Source: Nemertoderma westbladi (lineage: Eukaryota > Animalia > Xenacoelomorpha). From it: a DNA stretch of 51,223 bases. The DNA lies in contig JAUCBJ010001404.1 of assembly GCA_032718475.1 (NCBI GenBank), positions 1 to 51,223 on the forward strand, written 5' to 3'. Shown piece after piece: positions 10,423 through 22,680 of this stretch (within the stretch, counting starts at the first letter, position 1; each line of letters begins with the position of its first letter). Below the pieces are notes generated by a model. That model was not told where the DNA came from. It ran no database searches and saw nothing but the letters and a program-made list of their open reading frames with translations. A program made the translations under genes and the position numbers.

Positions 10423-12969
10423 CCCTAGTAGCACACCAACGTTCACCTCACGTTTAGAATAGTTATAATAACGTGGATAACGTTGTTCTGATAACGTTCC
10501 AGGTGCGTTCACTGTACACGTTCATCTAGGAAGGGATTTGTCCCGCTCAAAAAACGTTGATTCGACGTCATCTTATAAACGTTAGATATTCGTTCTAAAA
10601 TGGTCCGTTCAACTAATTATTTACCGAACTCATTTTGAACGGCTTAATATTGTTTTAAAAAGGTTCAATAATGTTTCCTTCCAACGTTCAAAACTGTTGG
10701 TTTGAACTGTGCTTGAACTAAAAGTGTAGTTCAAATATATAATTTCGAACGAATATTTAACCACTGCTGAATAGCTGTCAATCATTCACTATTAAATAAT
10801 AATATAGCAAAATGGCCCACCCCCCATGGACAACTGACCACCGTTGTTAGTGTAACGATTTGTGTACTGCAGGACTGCAGCAAAAGTGAATCAACTGAAC
10901 ATGAAAACAAACATTTGCTTGTTGAAATAAGACTACAAGTTTATATTGAATATTACCACTACTTACTTTATCACAAATATACCGAATTTACCGAACATGA
11001 GAAACATGGAAACAAATATACAGTAACAAGGAGATAAATCAAATAGGAAATACATAATATATCATTAAAGTAAAAGTTAAATAGATAAGTCTAGAGTTAA
11101 TTATTACAGAGTGGGAGTACTGTATAATGATATCTTTCTCTGGGTAGCATTCCTTCGTTTTCTCCTGAATTTTGTAGCTAGTCGAATCCCCACACTCACT
11201 CCATCCATAATAAATAGCCTTTCCCAGCTGTAACAAAAATAAAACTTATTTAAAAATAAAAAAATTAAAAGAAAGATTTTATGTACTACTTTACTTCAAA
11301 AAAAGGAAGGAGCCGATTATATAATTATACCTAATGAATAGCATGTTGTATAAGTCACTTTTACTTCAAGTGATATACTGTTAGTAGGCCTATACTTTTA
11401 TAAACTTTGTACTTTTGCACAAATATGAAACTGAATCTTTATAATGTGATGCTCATTTATACATACATGTATACTATAAATATACATATAATATTTATGC
11501 CGCCTTCGCTTTGCAGGACATTGCTTTCGCCGTGAGTACCAGTGAGTCTGTGCTCAATCTTGCGCTTTGACACCCCATGACTTTCTTAATTATTTATTTA
11601 TTAAACTGATAATTATGGGGATAGGGAATTGCGGCGGTGGAATTTTGTATATAACCTGGCATATCATTCTTTGCATGCTGCTTCACAGTAAGCATGGTGG
11701 TGGAACAAATTGTTGTTATAGATAGATAGATACTTACATACCGCATTATAAACTTGAGAGATTCAACCAAAGATTTTAAGTATTTAATTTACCGCTGTGC
11801 CATAAGCAGGCTGATCGGTAAATTGGATCAATTTAAAAAATTTATATTATTATTCAATCATATTTTTTTGCATTTATCTTAGCTGTTTATTACAACAATC
11901 TTCGAATTAAATTACATGCAGTACCGCTCATGTGATATATTAAAGTTCATATTTTAAAGCTAATAACTCTAAAGGCCATGATACACCACAGGAGCGACGG
12001 GCGACAGCGGCCGATGTGAGCGGCGACTTTTAGTATGATCCACTATAGGAGCGGCGAGCGGCAGCAGCCATTTGTGGTGTATCATCACCCATAGAAAATA
12101 ATGTGTTCTATTTTTAAAAAGTGGCCGCTTGCCGCGGCCGCTTGCCGCTGCCGCTCGCCGCTCCTGTGGTGTATCATGGCCTAAAAATTTTAAATAATTA
12201 CCTTTAGTGTCTTTGATGGATGGCGGCCCTTTATTATTGGTCCCGATACTTTTGAAAAGCATCACAAGATTGACCTCGATCTTCGCACTGTTCGCCTATT
12301 GAATGTATGTACACCATGACGTAGGGTGTATGTACCATGCCGTTATAAAAATATACAGAAAATAATTGAGACGCAACAAAAATTAATTTAAATTACAGTT
12401 ATACAATGCAGTATGTTGTATTACACACCGTTATACAGTACCTACTACACTGTATACTTTACTCCTGAGTTCTGTATGAACCAATATACCACTATTTTTA
12501 CATCATTCAGTACTTGGGCAGATCCAGTATTGCCTGTAATTGGATGACTCATCACAGACACTGGTTCCCATAGCGTGGGAAAGTTTGTCGTTCAGATAAT
12601 TATTATTTTGTACGGAATATGTTTAGTATTGAACCGCTATTGAACTACGGTTATGAAAAACATACAGTTGAAACGTTCACAATAAATAACGGAAATATAA
12701 CTTGCCATTTACAAATCGTTACTTTTCAGTTTCTGAACTCAAATTGAACTGGTTATTGCTTTGGACGCCATTCAAACGTCCAAGAACGGGAAATTAACTG
12801 ATACCATTAATGAACGTTACTTTTCAGTTGAAACACCAACACCATTTAGGCGTTATTATATGGAGACTAATTTAGAACGTTTAAATATGGTACAGTATGT
12901 GCGACGTTTATGGAGTGGACATGTTCTCAACGTCCAAAAGCTGTGTGTGAACGTTATGTGCTACTAGGG
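10423..12969. mobile_element. Non-autonomous CMC/EnSpm-like element nested in the MULE arm
   Basis: TIR CCCTAGTAGCACA...TGTGCTACTAGGG with many subterminal AACGTT motifs. The 2-bp TSD GT is confirmed against the empty site in the opposite MULE arm. Confidence 0.8.
11974..12181. mobile_element. MITE, probably PIF/Harbinger-like, nested in the EnSpm-like element
   Basis: TIR GGCCATGATACACCACAGGAGCG...CGCTCCTGTGGTGTATCATGGCC, flanked by TAAA on both sides. Confidence 0.8.
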
Positions 12970-13295
12970 GTTGCCAGGCAACCAAAGAACTGTAACCAAT
13001 CAGCATACGGTGCAGTATCAGTACAGCAGTACTATCCTTGTTTTACCGGTCAGTCGGTAGAGGCGCAAAGTACCAGTATTGCTGTATTCTGGTAGGCCTA
13101 TTATCTGATTACAGTATTAGTGCTGTAGTGCAGTAGTGTATTCCAGTATTCAGATATTGCAGTATTGTTAGGGTTAGTTAAAGCTGTAAATATTTATATA
13201 TTTAGTAGCTGAGTAGTACCGGTAAGCATTACAGTATTAAGACAGCCTGGCAGCCTGGTTATAGAGATAAGTTCCATAGCCATGGGACATTACAG

Positions 13296-13340
13296 CATTA
13301 CATTACATTACATTACATTACATTACATTACATTACATTA
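13296..13340 (+). repeat. (CATTA)n microsatellite in the MULE spacer
   Basis: Tandem CATTA pentamers. Confidence 0.9.
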
Positions 13341-14162
13341 CAGCATTACACTACTGCACTACAGCACTAATACTGTAATCTGTAATCAGGTAATAGGCCT
13401 ACCAGAATACAGCAATACTGGTACTTTGCGCCTCTACCGACTGACCAGTAAAACAACGATAGTACTGCTGTACTGATACTGCACCGTATGCTGATTGGTT
13501 ACAGTTCTTTGGTTGCCTGGCAACAAGCTTTCTGGGCAGTACATATTAGACTCTTTCAATTTATTTTTTTGCAGCATATAGGTAAAATTTAATGCTGATC
13601 AATTTTTTCACTGTTTTCCGAAAGGTTTATAGTGTTTTTATAGTGTTTTCCCTATGTTTTACGGTGATTACTTAAGGGGTGCTATGCGAGGAGTACATTT
13701 AGGATTGTCAATTCAGAGAAGTACATGTGTTAAATTCCCTGCTGATCAATATTTTCACTGTTTTCCGTGTGTTTTACAGTACTTTTCCTATGTTTTCCTA
13801 GTGTTTTACTGTTTTACTAGTGTTTTCCTAATTTAGAATCATCCAAATAAAAATATTTTATCTTGGCTGAAATTGGAATTGGAATTTTTCATTAGACGTC
13901 AAATCAGCTAAAATTTACACAATTAAAATATGAACAATAACGATAACATAATATAATAGTTAACTGAACAACAAAAGTACCGACAAGCCAATACAAAGAC
14001 CTTCAATCAGATACTGTGTAAATATTTATCAAAAATATTAAAATATGTTACTGGAAATAAAATTGTCCAATTTAAAATAGATTATCAGTTCTGTACTGTA
14101 TATTTATAAAAATATTTTAACATGTTACTGAACTGAAAATAAGATGGGCATAGATAGATATA

Positions 14163-16079
14163 CAGTCGGGGTCTCAAAGTGCATCTGTTCTTTGAGATTT
14201 TCTCAAAGTTTTTCTAAAAGTGTCTAAAAGTCATTACATTACTCCCAACGGCCGCTTTGAATTCTTGTAGACACTTTTAGTTGGGAATCTCAAAGTGATT
14301 TCCTGCTTTTAGGCACTTTGAATTCTTTGAGAAATGTCACTTTGAGTTAGGTTGCGGCACTTTGAATTCTTTGAGAAAATAAACTCCGAGGTATTCCTGA
14401 TTGACAGCTCGTGGTAAGTTAACAGATGCAGAGGCATTCTCGGAGAACAATATCATGCGGGCAACAAAGTGATACTTGTGTGCTGGCCAGTTGTTGCCTA
14501 GAAGCTATTCCCATTAATTTATCATATTGAGGTTCCTGAGGTCATTACGGGATGGGTTTTCGGTCGCAAGTACAAATTTAATTTACGGCGCCCTAAAGTC
14601 TTTCTAAAAAACATTCTTACATAATAATTAGTGAAACAAGATTAATGCTTGACAAGAATGATTAAATTTAATAATAACATAATACAATATAAGATTAACA
14701 CTAAATATAAGAAAAACTGCACTGTAGTTTCTCTGTGTATACGCAGTTTCATTATAATGACCTAAAGAAGCCCTGTTGGGTGAAAGCTTGTAATAACTTT
14801 TGTTATTCATTTCATTAGTCACCTCAGGTCAAACTGTACTACCTTTACTGTTTAATTAATATGATAAATATGTTGACGAGAGCGCGAGAATTCATTCTTA
14901 AAAACTAAGAAAGGCTTTCGACTTTCAAGTACGATAGAACGGCTACAATCTTGTGTTGTTTTAGCTTAATAGTGATATCAAAATATCCCCTGCCGCTGGC
15001 GTTTATATTTGAGCATATTTTAAATGTTTGCCTCATATTCAATTGATGTGTACCGCCTTCTGGCAAAGCGGCACCCAGTTTAAACTATCAATCACAGCTA
15101 GTGAGTAGCGACCCACGGACGGCGACCTTCAAACAAACAGGTGCAGAGTCGGAAAGAACTGTCGTAGGCTTTGCTTGGCTTGTGGTACAGTACCATTTGA
15201 TTACATAATAGATTTTGGCAGACTGGGCGGTCGCTCTGACAATATGCATTGCGCACAAACAATGCCTAAAACATCTATGGGAACAGCCAATTAGTGCGCT
15301 TGAATCATTTATCTTTATTCCTGCCTCTATCTTTATTCTTTACTTTGTATAACACAATTTACAGTGCGGCAAAGTATGGCTGGTTGACCATTGAAATGCA
15401 TTGGTAAAGGTATTCGGCGTTCACGTGGGCTAAACAAATTTAAACAGTACAGTTTTAGCACTATACATTAATATAGATAGGGCAACAGACAAACTGTCTA
15501 TGACACAAATACCAACACATTCCGATAGCCCGCAATTACGGCGTCTCTAAAGAGCCCAAATATAAATTAATAAAATCCTCTATGAAACAATAAAAATACC
15601 TACAAAAAATACTGCTGTATTAAATATTAGTTACTGCAGTAACATATAACAATTACTGCAGTAATAAATATTTATTACTGCAATAATAATCAATATTAAT
15701 AAATTAATAAATAATTGAATAACAATTTCTACTGCAGTAACAAATTTTTTATTACTGCAGAAAAAGACATTTTTTTTATTACTGCAGAAAGTTTAATTCT
15801 TACTTTCAGTAACAAATATTTATTACTGCGCAGTATTTTTTGGAGGCATCTTTATTGTTTCATAGAGGTTTTTATTACTTATATTTTACCCTATAGTCAA
15901 AGTCAATATACCCCATACCATAGCCAGCTTCAGGCAGGACTGTATGAAATGACTGACAGTACTACTTTGAAATCTTTGAGGACACTTTGTCATTTTCTTG
16001 GACCACTTTTAGAAATTTGAGACACTTTTAGTTCTTTGAGAAAATCTCAAAGAACAGATGCACTTTGAGACCCCGACTG
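14163..16079. mobile_element. Non-autonomous DNA transposon with TA TSD (Tc1/mariner-like)
   Basis: Perfect ~46-bp TIR CAGTCGGGGTCTCAAAGTGCATCTGTTCTTTGAGATTTTCTCAAAG flanked by TA, with subterminal CACTTTGA repeats. Confidence 0.85.
15558..15885. mobile_element. MITE nested in the TA-TSD element
   Basis: Inverted CCTCTATGAAACAATAAA.AT.CCT.CAAAAAATACTGC at 15577 and 15868, with internal TTACTGCAG repeats. Outer boundaries are approximate. Confidence 0.65.
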
Positions 16080-16423
16080 TACGTAATTGCACGGTGACTC
16101 CAAAACATTGAAATAATTATTTGTCGTCGAGGATAGCCCCATGAGATGAGACTGAGACTGCTCGTTTCCAAGGGGCACATAAAAGGAGGAATTATAATTG
16201 AAAATGTTATATGGCTATCAGCAACCTGTAATTTTTGTTTCATTACTTGTCAGCTAGTTGCGCCATCCGCGCTGCAGAAATAGAATCTTATAGAACACAA
16301 CAGAATGAGCGGTACACAAGCCAATTGTGAATGGTATTAGAGCAAAATTAATAAACCAATCCTGTTATTGCGCCAATGCTGTCCTTTAGTTATATCTTTG
16401 GGATACGGACTATACTGTATGCC

Positions 16424-17084
16424 AGTACGTACTAAAAGGTAGAACGATCTATAACGGGCTATAATGATCTATAACGGGCTATAACTTCCTGTAACAGGCT
16501 ATAACCACCTATAACGAGCTATAATCTGAAAATTTACATTAAAAAAACTTATTTTAGAATGGAATTATTTTCCTAGTAAGTAATTTAATTACGCAATTTG
16601 GTTTTTTAGTCCATAATGCTTTTCATCTTTGTGGTATCACGAATCAGTCATTACTGCATTAGTCAGCATGCCACTGCTGCATTATCTGACTATCAGACAG
16701 TGCAGGCAGTGGAGAGGTTTCCCATATCTCTGTCTATCCTCCATCCTGCTATCCGCTGTTAGCTTCTGGTCCAGTGGTCCATATAGAATACAGCCCAATA
16801 CAGGTATATACTGTGAGCAATATAGGCCAATAAAAAAAACTTACCAGTATCAATTAATTAGGCATAGGCAGATAGGCCTACCCTAATTTTTAACCTGCGG
16901 TATTTTTCAGACCACAGTGTTAATCCAAAAGTTAAACAACCCAAGGGGCGTTTTTTAATGTAAATTTTCATATTATAGCTCGTTATAGGTGGTTATAGCT
17001 TGTTTATAGAAAGTTATAGCCCGTTATAGATCGTTATAGATCGTTACAGCCCGTTATAGATCGTTCTACCTTTTAGTACGTACC
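16424..17084. mobile_element. MULE-type MITE with 9-bp TSD
   Basis: ~120-bp TIRs (GTACGTACTAAAAGGTAGAACGATCTATAAC..., with internal CTATAAC repeats). The TSD CTGTATGCC is at 16415-16423 and 17085-17093. Confidence 0.9.
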
Positions 17085-18039
17085 CTGTATGCCTCCAGGT
17101 ACTCCGTACTGTGCTGTGAGCACTGTAGGCCTAGCAGACCGAGACCAGCACTGCCTGACAACAACGGCTATTGGAAGGCCTACAGGCCTGGGTCTGTAGT
17201 ACCTCAGTACCTGTACTATATAGTACATTTAAATACCTGTGTACTGTGTACAGCTATTGAAGGCACCATTCGAAACATGAACATACTGACATAGCCAGAT
17301 AGCAGCATACTGCCTACTGTAACCACAACCAAGGACTACTGAAGCTGAAGCAAGGACTGGCACACGGTAAATCCAGACTGCCATACTTCGCTAGCGAAGG
17401 CCATGTTGTTTATGTCACCGGTAACCCATAACCAGTTTGAATGATAAACATACACATTGTGGGTTAAAAAATTATGTAGAATCTATTTCTGCTAGGCAGC
17501 TAGGCCTATTCAGCTATTAGTTTTTCAATTACCGGTACCTATTGCTTTCATGTATTGCTTTCAATAATTAATGTTTCTTAACGCAATCATTTTTATTGTC
17601 CGTTTAAATCACTCATGATTTCCTTTTTTTTTTACTTTTTATGTCCTCCAGAAATTTACCGTTGGGTTCCGTGCTCTGGTGCTACCTGGCTCTGTGCTCT
17701 GGCTACCGGTTTCTCTACTGCTGTTCTCTACTGCTGCTATCTCTACTGCTATCAGTACCGGTATTACAGTATTAGTATATAGAGCACTATATTTTGCAGT
17801 ATTGCTGTATTGTATGTACAGATGTAGGTATAAAGCAGGTATTTTAGTACCGGTACTGCGGTACCGGCACCGGTACTGCTGCAGGCCTACTGTCAGACTG
17901 TGTAGCCTACCATTTAAATACGGTAATGCTGTAATGCTAGGCCTACCGGCTGACCAGTTGTTCTAATAAATTTTAAATAATTGATAGGCCAAACTGGATT
18001 GTGGAAAATGTGGATATACCTATCACATAATTTATGTGA

Positions 18040-18486
18040 TTTTCCCTGATTTAGTAAAGTGACCGTTTATTGTTTTGGTTAGAAAGGCCCGCCTCTGTAA
18101 CCTGCTCCTTTCCTTCATTTTGTAAAATGACTGTTTATTGTTTTGGTTAGAAAATCCCGCCTGCTCTGTAGCCTTCTCCTTTCTCTCAATTGGAAATGTT
18201 ATCGTTTATTGTTTTGGTTAGAAAAGACCATCTATGTAACCTGCTCCTTTCCTTCATTTGGTAAAGTGATTGTTTATTGTTTTGGTTAGAAAATCCCGTC
18301 TCTGTAACCTGCTCCTTTCTCTGATTTGGTAAAGTGACCGTTTATTGTTTTGGTTAGAAAGGCTAGCCTCTGTAACCTGCTCCTTTCCTTCATTTGGTTA
18401 AGTGACTTAGATTAATTATCAAATCCGATGATTAGAAAATCCGGTCTTAACCTGCTCCTTTCCATCAATTGGTAATTGTTTTTGGC
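18040..18486 (+). repeat. 68-bp satellite array 1 (~6 units)
   Basis: GTTTATTGTTTTGGTTAGAAA...CTGTAACCTGCTCCTTTC starts at 18065, 18133, 18204, 18272 and 18340, followed by a partial unit. Confidence 0.9.
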
Positions 18487-18996
18487 TATAAAGTGAGTGT
18501 TTTTTGCTACGTCATGTGGTAATCGATTATCGACAACAACCACAAACTATTAAATTTAGAGTCTTTTACCTCAGGCGCATATGGAAATCTATCTCATAGT
18601 CTATAAATCATGGAATTTTGAATGTTTTGGCACAGGCATAGTGAAACCAACTGTCCGACAGACCAGAAATCAACAAATTTTGAATGTTTTGGCAAAGGCA
18701 TGTTGAAATCAACTGTCTGACAGTCCAGAAATCAGCAGTCTGACAGTTTGAAGAAATGCATACCTGAATACATAAAAAGTCACTAAAGGACAACAAAAGT
18801 CATTAAAGGGACAACAAAAGTCATTATGCACAATTCGTAAAAAAAGGAGGACAAAAAAAGTCAAATAAAAGGACATAAAAAATCACTGCCGTTTCTTAAT
18901 ACTGTAATAATGTAGAGTACCTGGTGCCTGGTACCGGTAGCTGTATACAGGTATATACTGCAATATCGGTACTGGGTGACTTGACTGGCTGAAAAT

Positions 18997-19272
18997 TATG
19001 TTCTAGAACAAATATTTTTGTTCTAGAACATTTTTTAGAAAAAATCTGGATTCGATTTAAAACACATGGAATCGTCCTAAAACGTGTTTAAAATCAATAT
19101 AAAAAATTGTGAAAAAAAAATATTGTGAAAAAATTTAAATTGGAAAAAAATGTTGAAAATTTGTTTTTATTGATTTTAAACACGTTTTAGGACGATTCCA
19201 TGCGTTTTAAATCGAATTCAGATTTTTTTCTAAAAAATGTTCTAGAACAAAAAATATTTCTTCTAGAACATA
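18997..19272. repeat. AT-rich foldback palindrome (~115-bp arms), likely MITE
   Basis: TATGTTCTAGAACAAATA...GGAATCGTCCTAAAACGTGTTTAAAATCAATA and its reverse complement. Confidence 0.8.
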
Positions 19273-19647
19273 CTTTTTTTTAAAAAGAACTAGCTAATAT
19301 AAAATATTTATAGAAGAAAGTAGGATATCGGAACCAGTGTTGAAATTACTAGCTAAACCTACCTAAAACACTAGCTAGTTACCATAAATTTTTTTATTTT
19401 GCTTAAACGAGGAGGCTTCAATTACGTCCAAACCAAATTGCAATAAATGAAAATTTATAGAACTCTCCTCATGCCTGCACACACACAGTACAGCAGTACG
19501 CTACCGGTTATAATCCAGCCTCCATAAAGGTACTCCAGGTACTAGAGGTACTCCAGCACCCTGAATTGTATATACAATAGGCCTGGTATATAATCAAATC
19601 ATCTTTATTATTGGAATTTATTGATACAGTTTATTATAGATTTGAAA

Positions 19648-21240
19648 ATGAATCAACATAATGTATTGGAAGGTAAATCCTCTGGTGCCGATATAATTAT
19701 AAAGAAAGACCCAACAGACTCTATAATCATCAAGAAAGAAACAACAGACTCAATAATTATCAAGAAAGAACCAACAGACTGTGTTCCCTATTCTCGTGAA
19801 GTTAAACAAGATAACTGCGTTTACAGATCGTCTTCCATCGAAGATCACAACAATTGGTTCGGTGGAGATATTGTCCCTTTAGTAGATAACGCAGATATTT
19901 CTTATGAAACATCTGGAGATTCTTTTGTTGTCGAAAAACAGGAAAACGACATTCCTGACTGTCCGTATGTTAGGCCTACTACATCTACTTCTGGGTTGCA
20001 ATTTAACAGTGATAAATTTGAAGGCTATTTAGTTACTGAGTCATTTACAGGAACTCGAACAGCTAAAGAACAATTTAACGTTGCTGGTACCTCTCGTGAC
20101 AGCGTTGATCTTTGCAGCTCTACTAAACCGACAATCAGTTGTACAACAACAGAATCCGGAGGTTCTAGTGAAACTGTTGGAGAGTTCAAATCACCTTCAG
20201 ATACCAGTTCCTGCTTCCATTGCAATGAATTATTTAGTGACAAAGGAAATTTAGAGAGACATATAGAATCCGTTCATAAAGAAGTTAAGAAGAAGTATAA
20301 ATGCGATTATTGTGAGAAAATGTTTACAAGGAAGAGTTATGTGAAGGTACATATCGACTCTAACCATAAAGATGTCAAATATAAATGCGGTTATTGCTAT
20401 AAAGAATTCAGTTACAAACACCACTTAAAGACCCACATCGACTCTGTCCATAAAGGTATCAAGTACAAGTATAACTGTTTCGATTGTGGGAAATCATTTG
20501 GTACAAAAACCGGTCTAAAAGTACATTTCGACTCTATCCATAAAGGTATTAAATATAAATGCGGTTATTGTCATAAAGAATTCAATCAGCAAAGCTCCCT
20601 AACGGTCCATGTCAACAATATTCATAAAGATGACAAGTACAACTGCTTGGATTGTGATTGTGGGAAATCGTTTAGTAAAAAAGCCTACCTAGAACGGCAT
20701 GTCGACTCTAATCATAAAGATATCAAGTACAGCTGCTCCGATTGTGGGAAATCGTTTAGTAAAAAAGCCAACCTAGTACGGCATGTCGACTCTAATCATA
20801 AATTTGTCAAACATAAATGCGGTTATTGTAATAAAGAATTCAGTTACAAAAGCGCCCTTAAACGTCACATTGGCTCTGTCCATGAAGGTATTAAGTATAA
20901 CTGCTTCGATTGTGGAAGATTATTTGATACAGAATCCGGCTTAAAACAACATGCCGACTCTATCCATAAGGGAATTAAATATAAATGCGGTTATTGTAAT
21001 AAAGAATTCATTAAGCAAAGCTCCCTAAACACCCATGTCAACTACATTCATAAAGATGTAAAGTATAGCTGCTTTGATTGTGGAAAATCGTTTGGTACAA
21101 AAAGTGATCTCAAACAACATGTAAACTCTATTCATATAGGTATCAAGTATAATTGCGTTTATTGTCATAAAGGATTCAGTCAGCAAAGCTCCGTTAACGC
21201 CCACATCAATTCTGTTCATAAATCTTTATGTTATCGGTAA
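19648..21240 (+). CDS. C2H2 zinc-finger protein, paralog 2 (12 fingers)
   Basis: ATG (MNQ) lies 18 nt after the putative acceptor TTGATACAG. It has 12 CX2CX12HX4H units and three IKK(D/E) repeats, with AATAAA near 21318. Confidence 0.9.
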   Translation: MNQHNVLEGKSSGADIIIKKDPTDSIIIKKETTDSIIIKKEPTDCVPYSREVKQDNCVYRSSSIEDHNNWFGGDIVPLVDNADISYETSGDSFVVEKQENDIPDCPYVRPTTSTSGLQFNSDKFEGYLVTESFTGTRTAKEQFNVAGTSRDSVDLCSSTKPTISCTTTESGGSSETVGEFKSPSDTSSCFHCNELFSDKGNLERHIESVHKEVKKKYKCDYCEKMFTRKSYVKVHIDSNHKDVKYKCGYCYKEFSYKHHLKTHIDSVHKGIKYKYNCFDCGKSFGTKTGLKVHFDSIHKGIKYKCGYCHKEFNQQSSLTVHVNNIHKDDKYNCLDCDCGKSFSKKAYLERHVDSNHKDIKYSCSDCGKSFSKKANLVRHVDSNHKFVKHKCGYCNKEFSYKSALKRHIGSVHEGIKYNCFDCGRLFDTESGLKQHADSIHKGIKYKCGYCNKEFIKQSSLNTHVNYIHKDVKYSCFDCGKSFGTKSDLKQHVNSIHIGIKYNCVYCHKGFSQQSSVNAHINSVHKSLCYR

Positions 21241-21350
21241 CGAAATTGAACTTTGTTTGTACTGAACTATTTTTGTATCTGATCATTATTGGAAAGATGT
21301 TACATTTAGTGTGAAAAAATAAAAATAAGTGATTGTTAATTTTATAATTG

Positions 21351-21717
21351 ACTACATTTACTTGGTTTATATTGAACCAGTTTGTTTAAACTCTGGTTGC
21401 GCCAGTTAATATAACCACCACCGTATCTTACATGTCATAACTACTACCTTTATCACAATTAGACTGTTAAAGCAAAGCAGTTTCAATACGCCAATCAACA
21501 TCTCTTTGCTCTGCATTCCAGCCCATCCATAAACGGTCAAGAACACATTCAGTTATATAGTTTAGTCCGTTTACTTGGTAATATTGTGATTAAAGATATA
21601 GTTGTTGAGCGTATTGAAAGTCCTTTTTATCAAGTCTAATTGACGTAAAACTTGAGTATGTCTTGTCGCACCCTGAAGACGGCTTGTCTCTTATTAAATA
21701 ATTTAATCAAATGTAGT
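21351..21717. mobile_element. Old diverged foldback/MITE
   Basis: Nested inverted blocks ACTACATTT/AAATGTAGT, CAATTAGACT/AGTCTAATTG and TTTCAATACGC/GCGTATTGAAA. Confidence 0.45.
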
Positions 21718-22574
21718 AGTATTTTCCCTAGGCATCCCGGACAAGTATTTTTTTTCCTTTTCTAAAATTTTATGGGCCAATGTGTCATTTTCACTAAGTG
21801 GTCCTCATGTTTGTACATGTTCTGTGTATATAACTTTTTCTTTCACACGACTTTGCATGATATGCCACTTTTGGTGAAGTTAGACCTGTGGTGCGCCGCA
21901 ATAAACAACTTATGAATATAAAATCACTTTTCCACCCTTTTGTTACTTGCCTCTGGGGTATTTTATTTCGAAATGATTACATCTAACGGAAGAAATAATA
22001 GCAATATAAATATAGATGCTACTAGAAATTACACAGATGTTATTTTGCCTGATACTTATGTACCTTCCTTGACTGTGTGTATCGCTTACTATGAACGAGC
22101 CACAGCCAGGCATTGAGTCATGTAGACCAACGTACCTACCCAACGTTAGACCGAAACCGAACTGCTACGAGAACCGTACAGCCGTAGTTCTGTAATTGTC
22201 AGTTGGTATACCGCCTACCGGTAGAGGTTAGCTTCTATAACGTTAACGACTGCACAGCAGTACAATACAGTAGTAACTGCAGTCCCCAATACAGCAGTAG
22301 TGCTGCGGCTGCACGCAAATTTAAATATGTAAAAAGATATGTAACATTTATTCAAATTTCAACATTTTTAATGCCAAAATAATATTTTCACCCCTCTTTC
22401 TATTTTCAATTCAGATTGGGTTCAGATAACAGCCCACACTGTATAAAATCAAAATATTTTAATTTCAGTAGAAATTGTAGACATTTATAAAAAGTGCTCA
22501 GGGGGCGATACCCCCCCACCCCCCCCCCCCCCCCCCCTAAGGTAGTTTCATACCAACTGACTAAAATTGTCAAT

Positions 22575-22680
22575 ATGGGGATTTTTTGGAGTCGGTGATT
22601 TCATTTACGACGTCAGTTTTAATGTTTGGTGGTATCTAATATGTCTGTATGACGGTTTGTCTGTCTGTCAGTCATCTAAA
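22575..22680 (+). mobile_element. Helitron/HINE-like fragment (inverted relative at ~29080-29175)
   Basis: GGGG.TTT..G.AGTCG.TGATTTCATTT...TTTTAATGTTTG...GTTTGTCTGTCTG is shared in opposite orientation and includes a (GTCT)n microsatellite. Confidence 0.45.

Larger units (their letters stand above)
10105..13844. mobile_element. Mutator/MULE-type foldback element with ~490-bp TIRs and 9-bp TSD
   Basis: The left arm (10105-10422 plus 12972-13140) is the near-perfect reverse complement of 13347-13844. The TSD AAATAAAAA is at 10096-10104 and 13845-13853. Confidence 0.9.

Noticed and set aside
13282-13476. ORF with HYITL repeats, and the Lys-rich ORF at 47033-47215
   Set aside because: These are translations of a microsatellite and of A-rich low-complexity DNA.
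18040-18486. CRISPR-like array (also 29908-30395)
   Set aside because: The whole 68-bp unit is repeated and there are no unique spacers.
18608-18796. Duplicated 62-aa ORF (also 30476-30664)
   Set aside because: It lies in a duplicated, internally repetitive non-coding block and has a non-ATG start.
21670-21690. Hammerhead ribozyme core (CTGAAGA)
   Set aside because: No downstream GAAA or supporting stems are visible.
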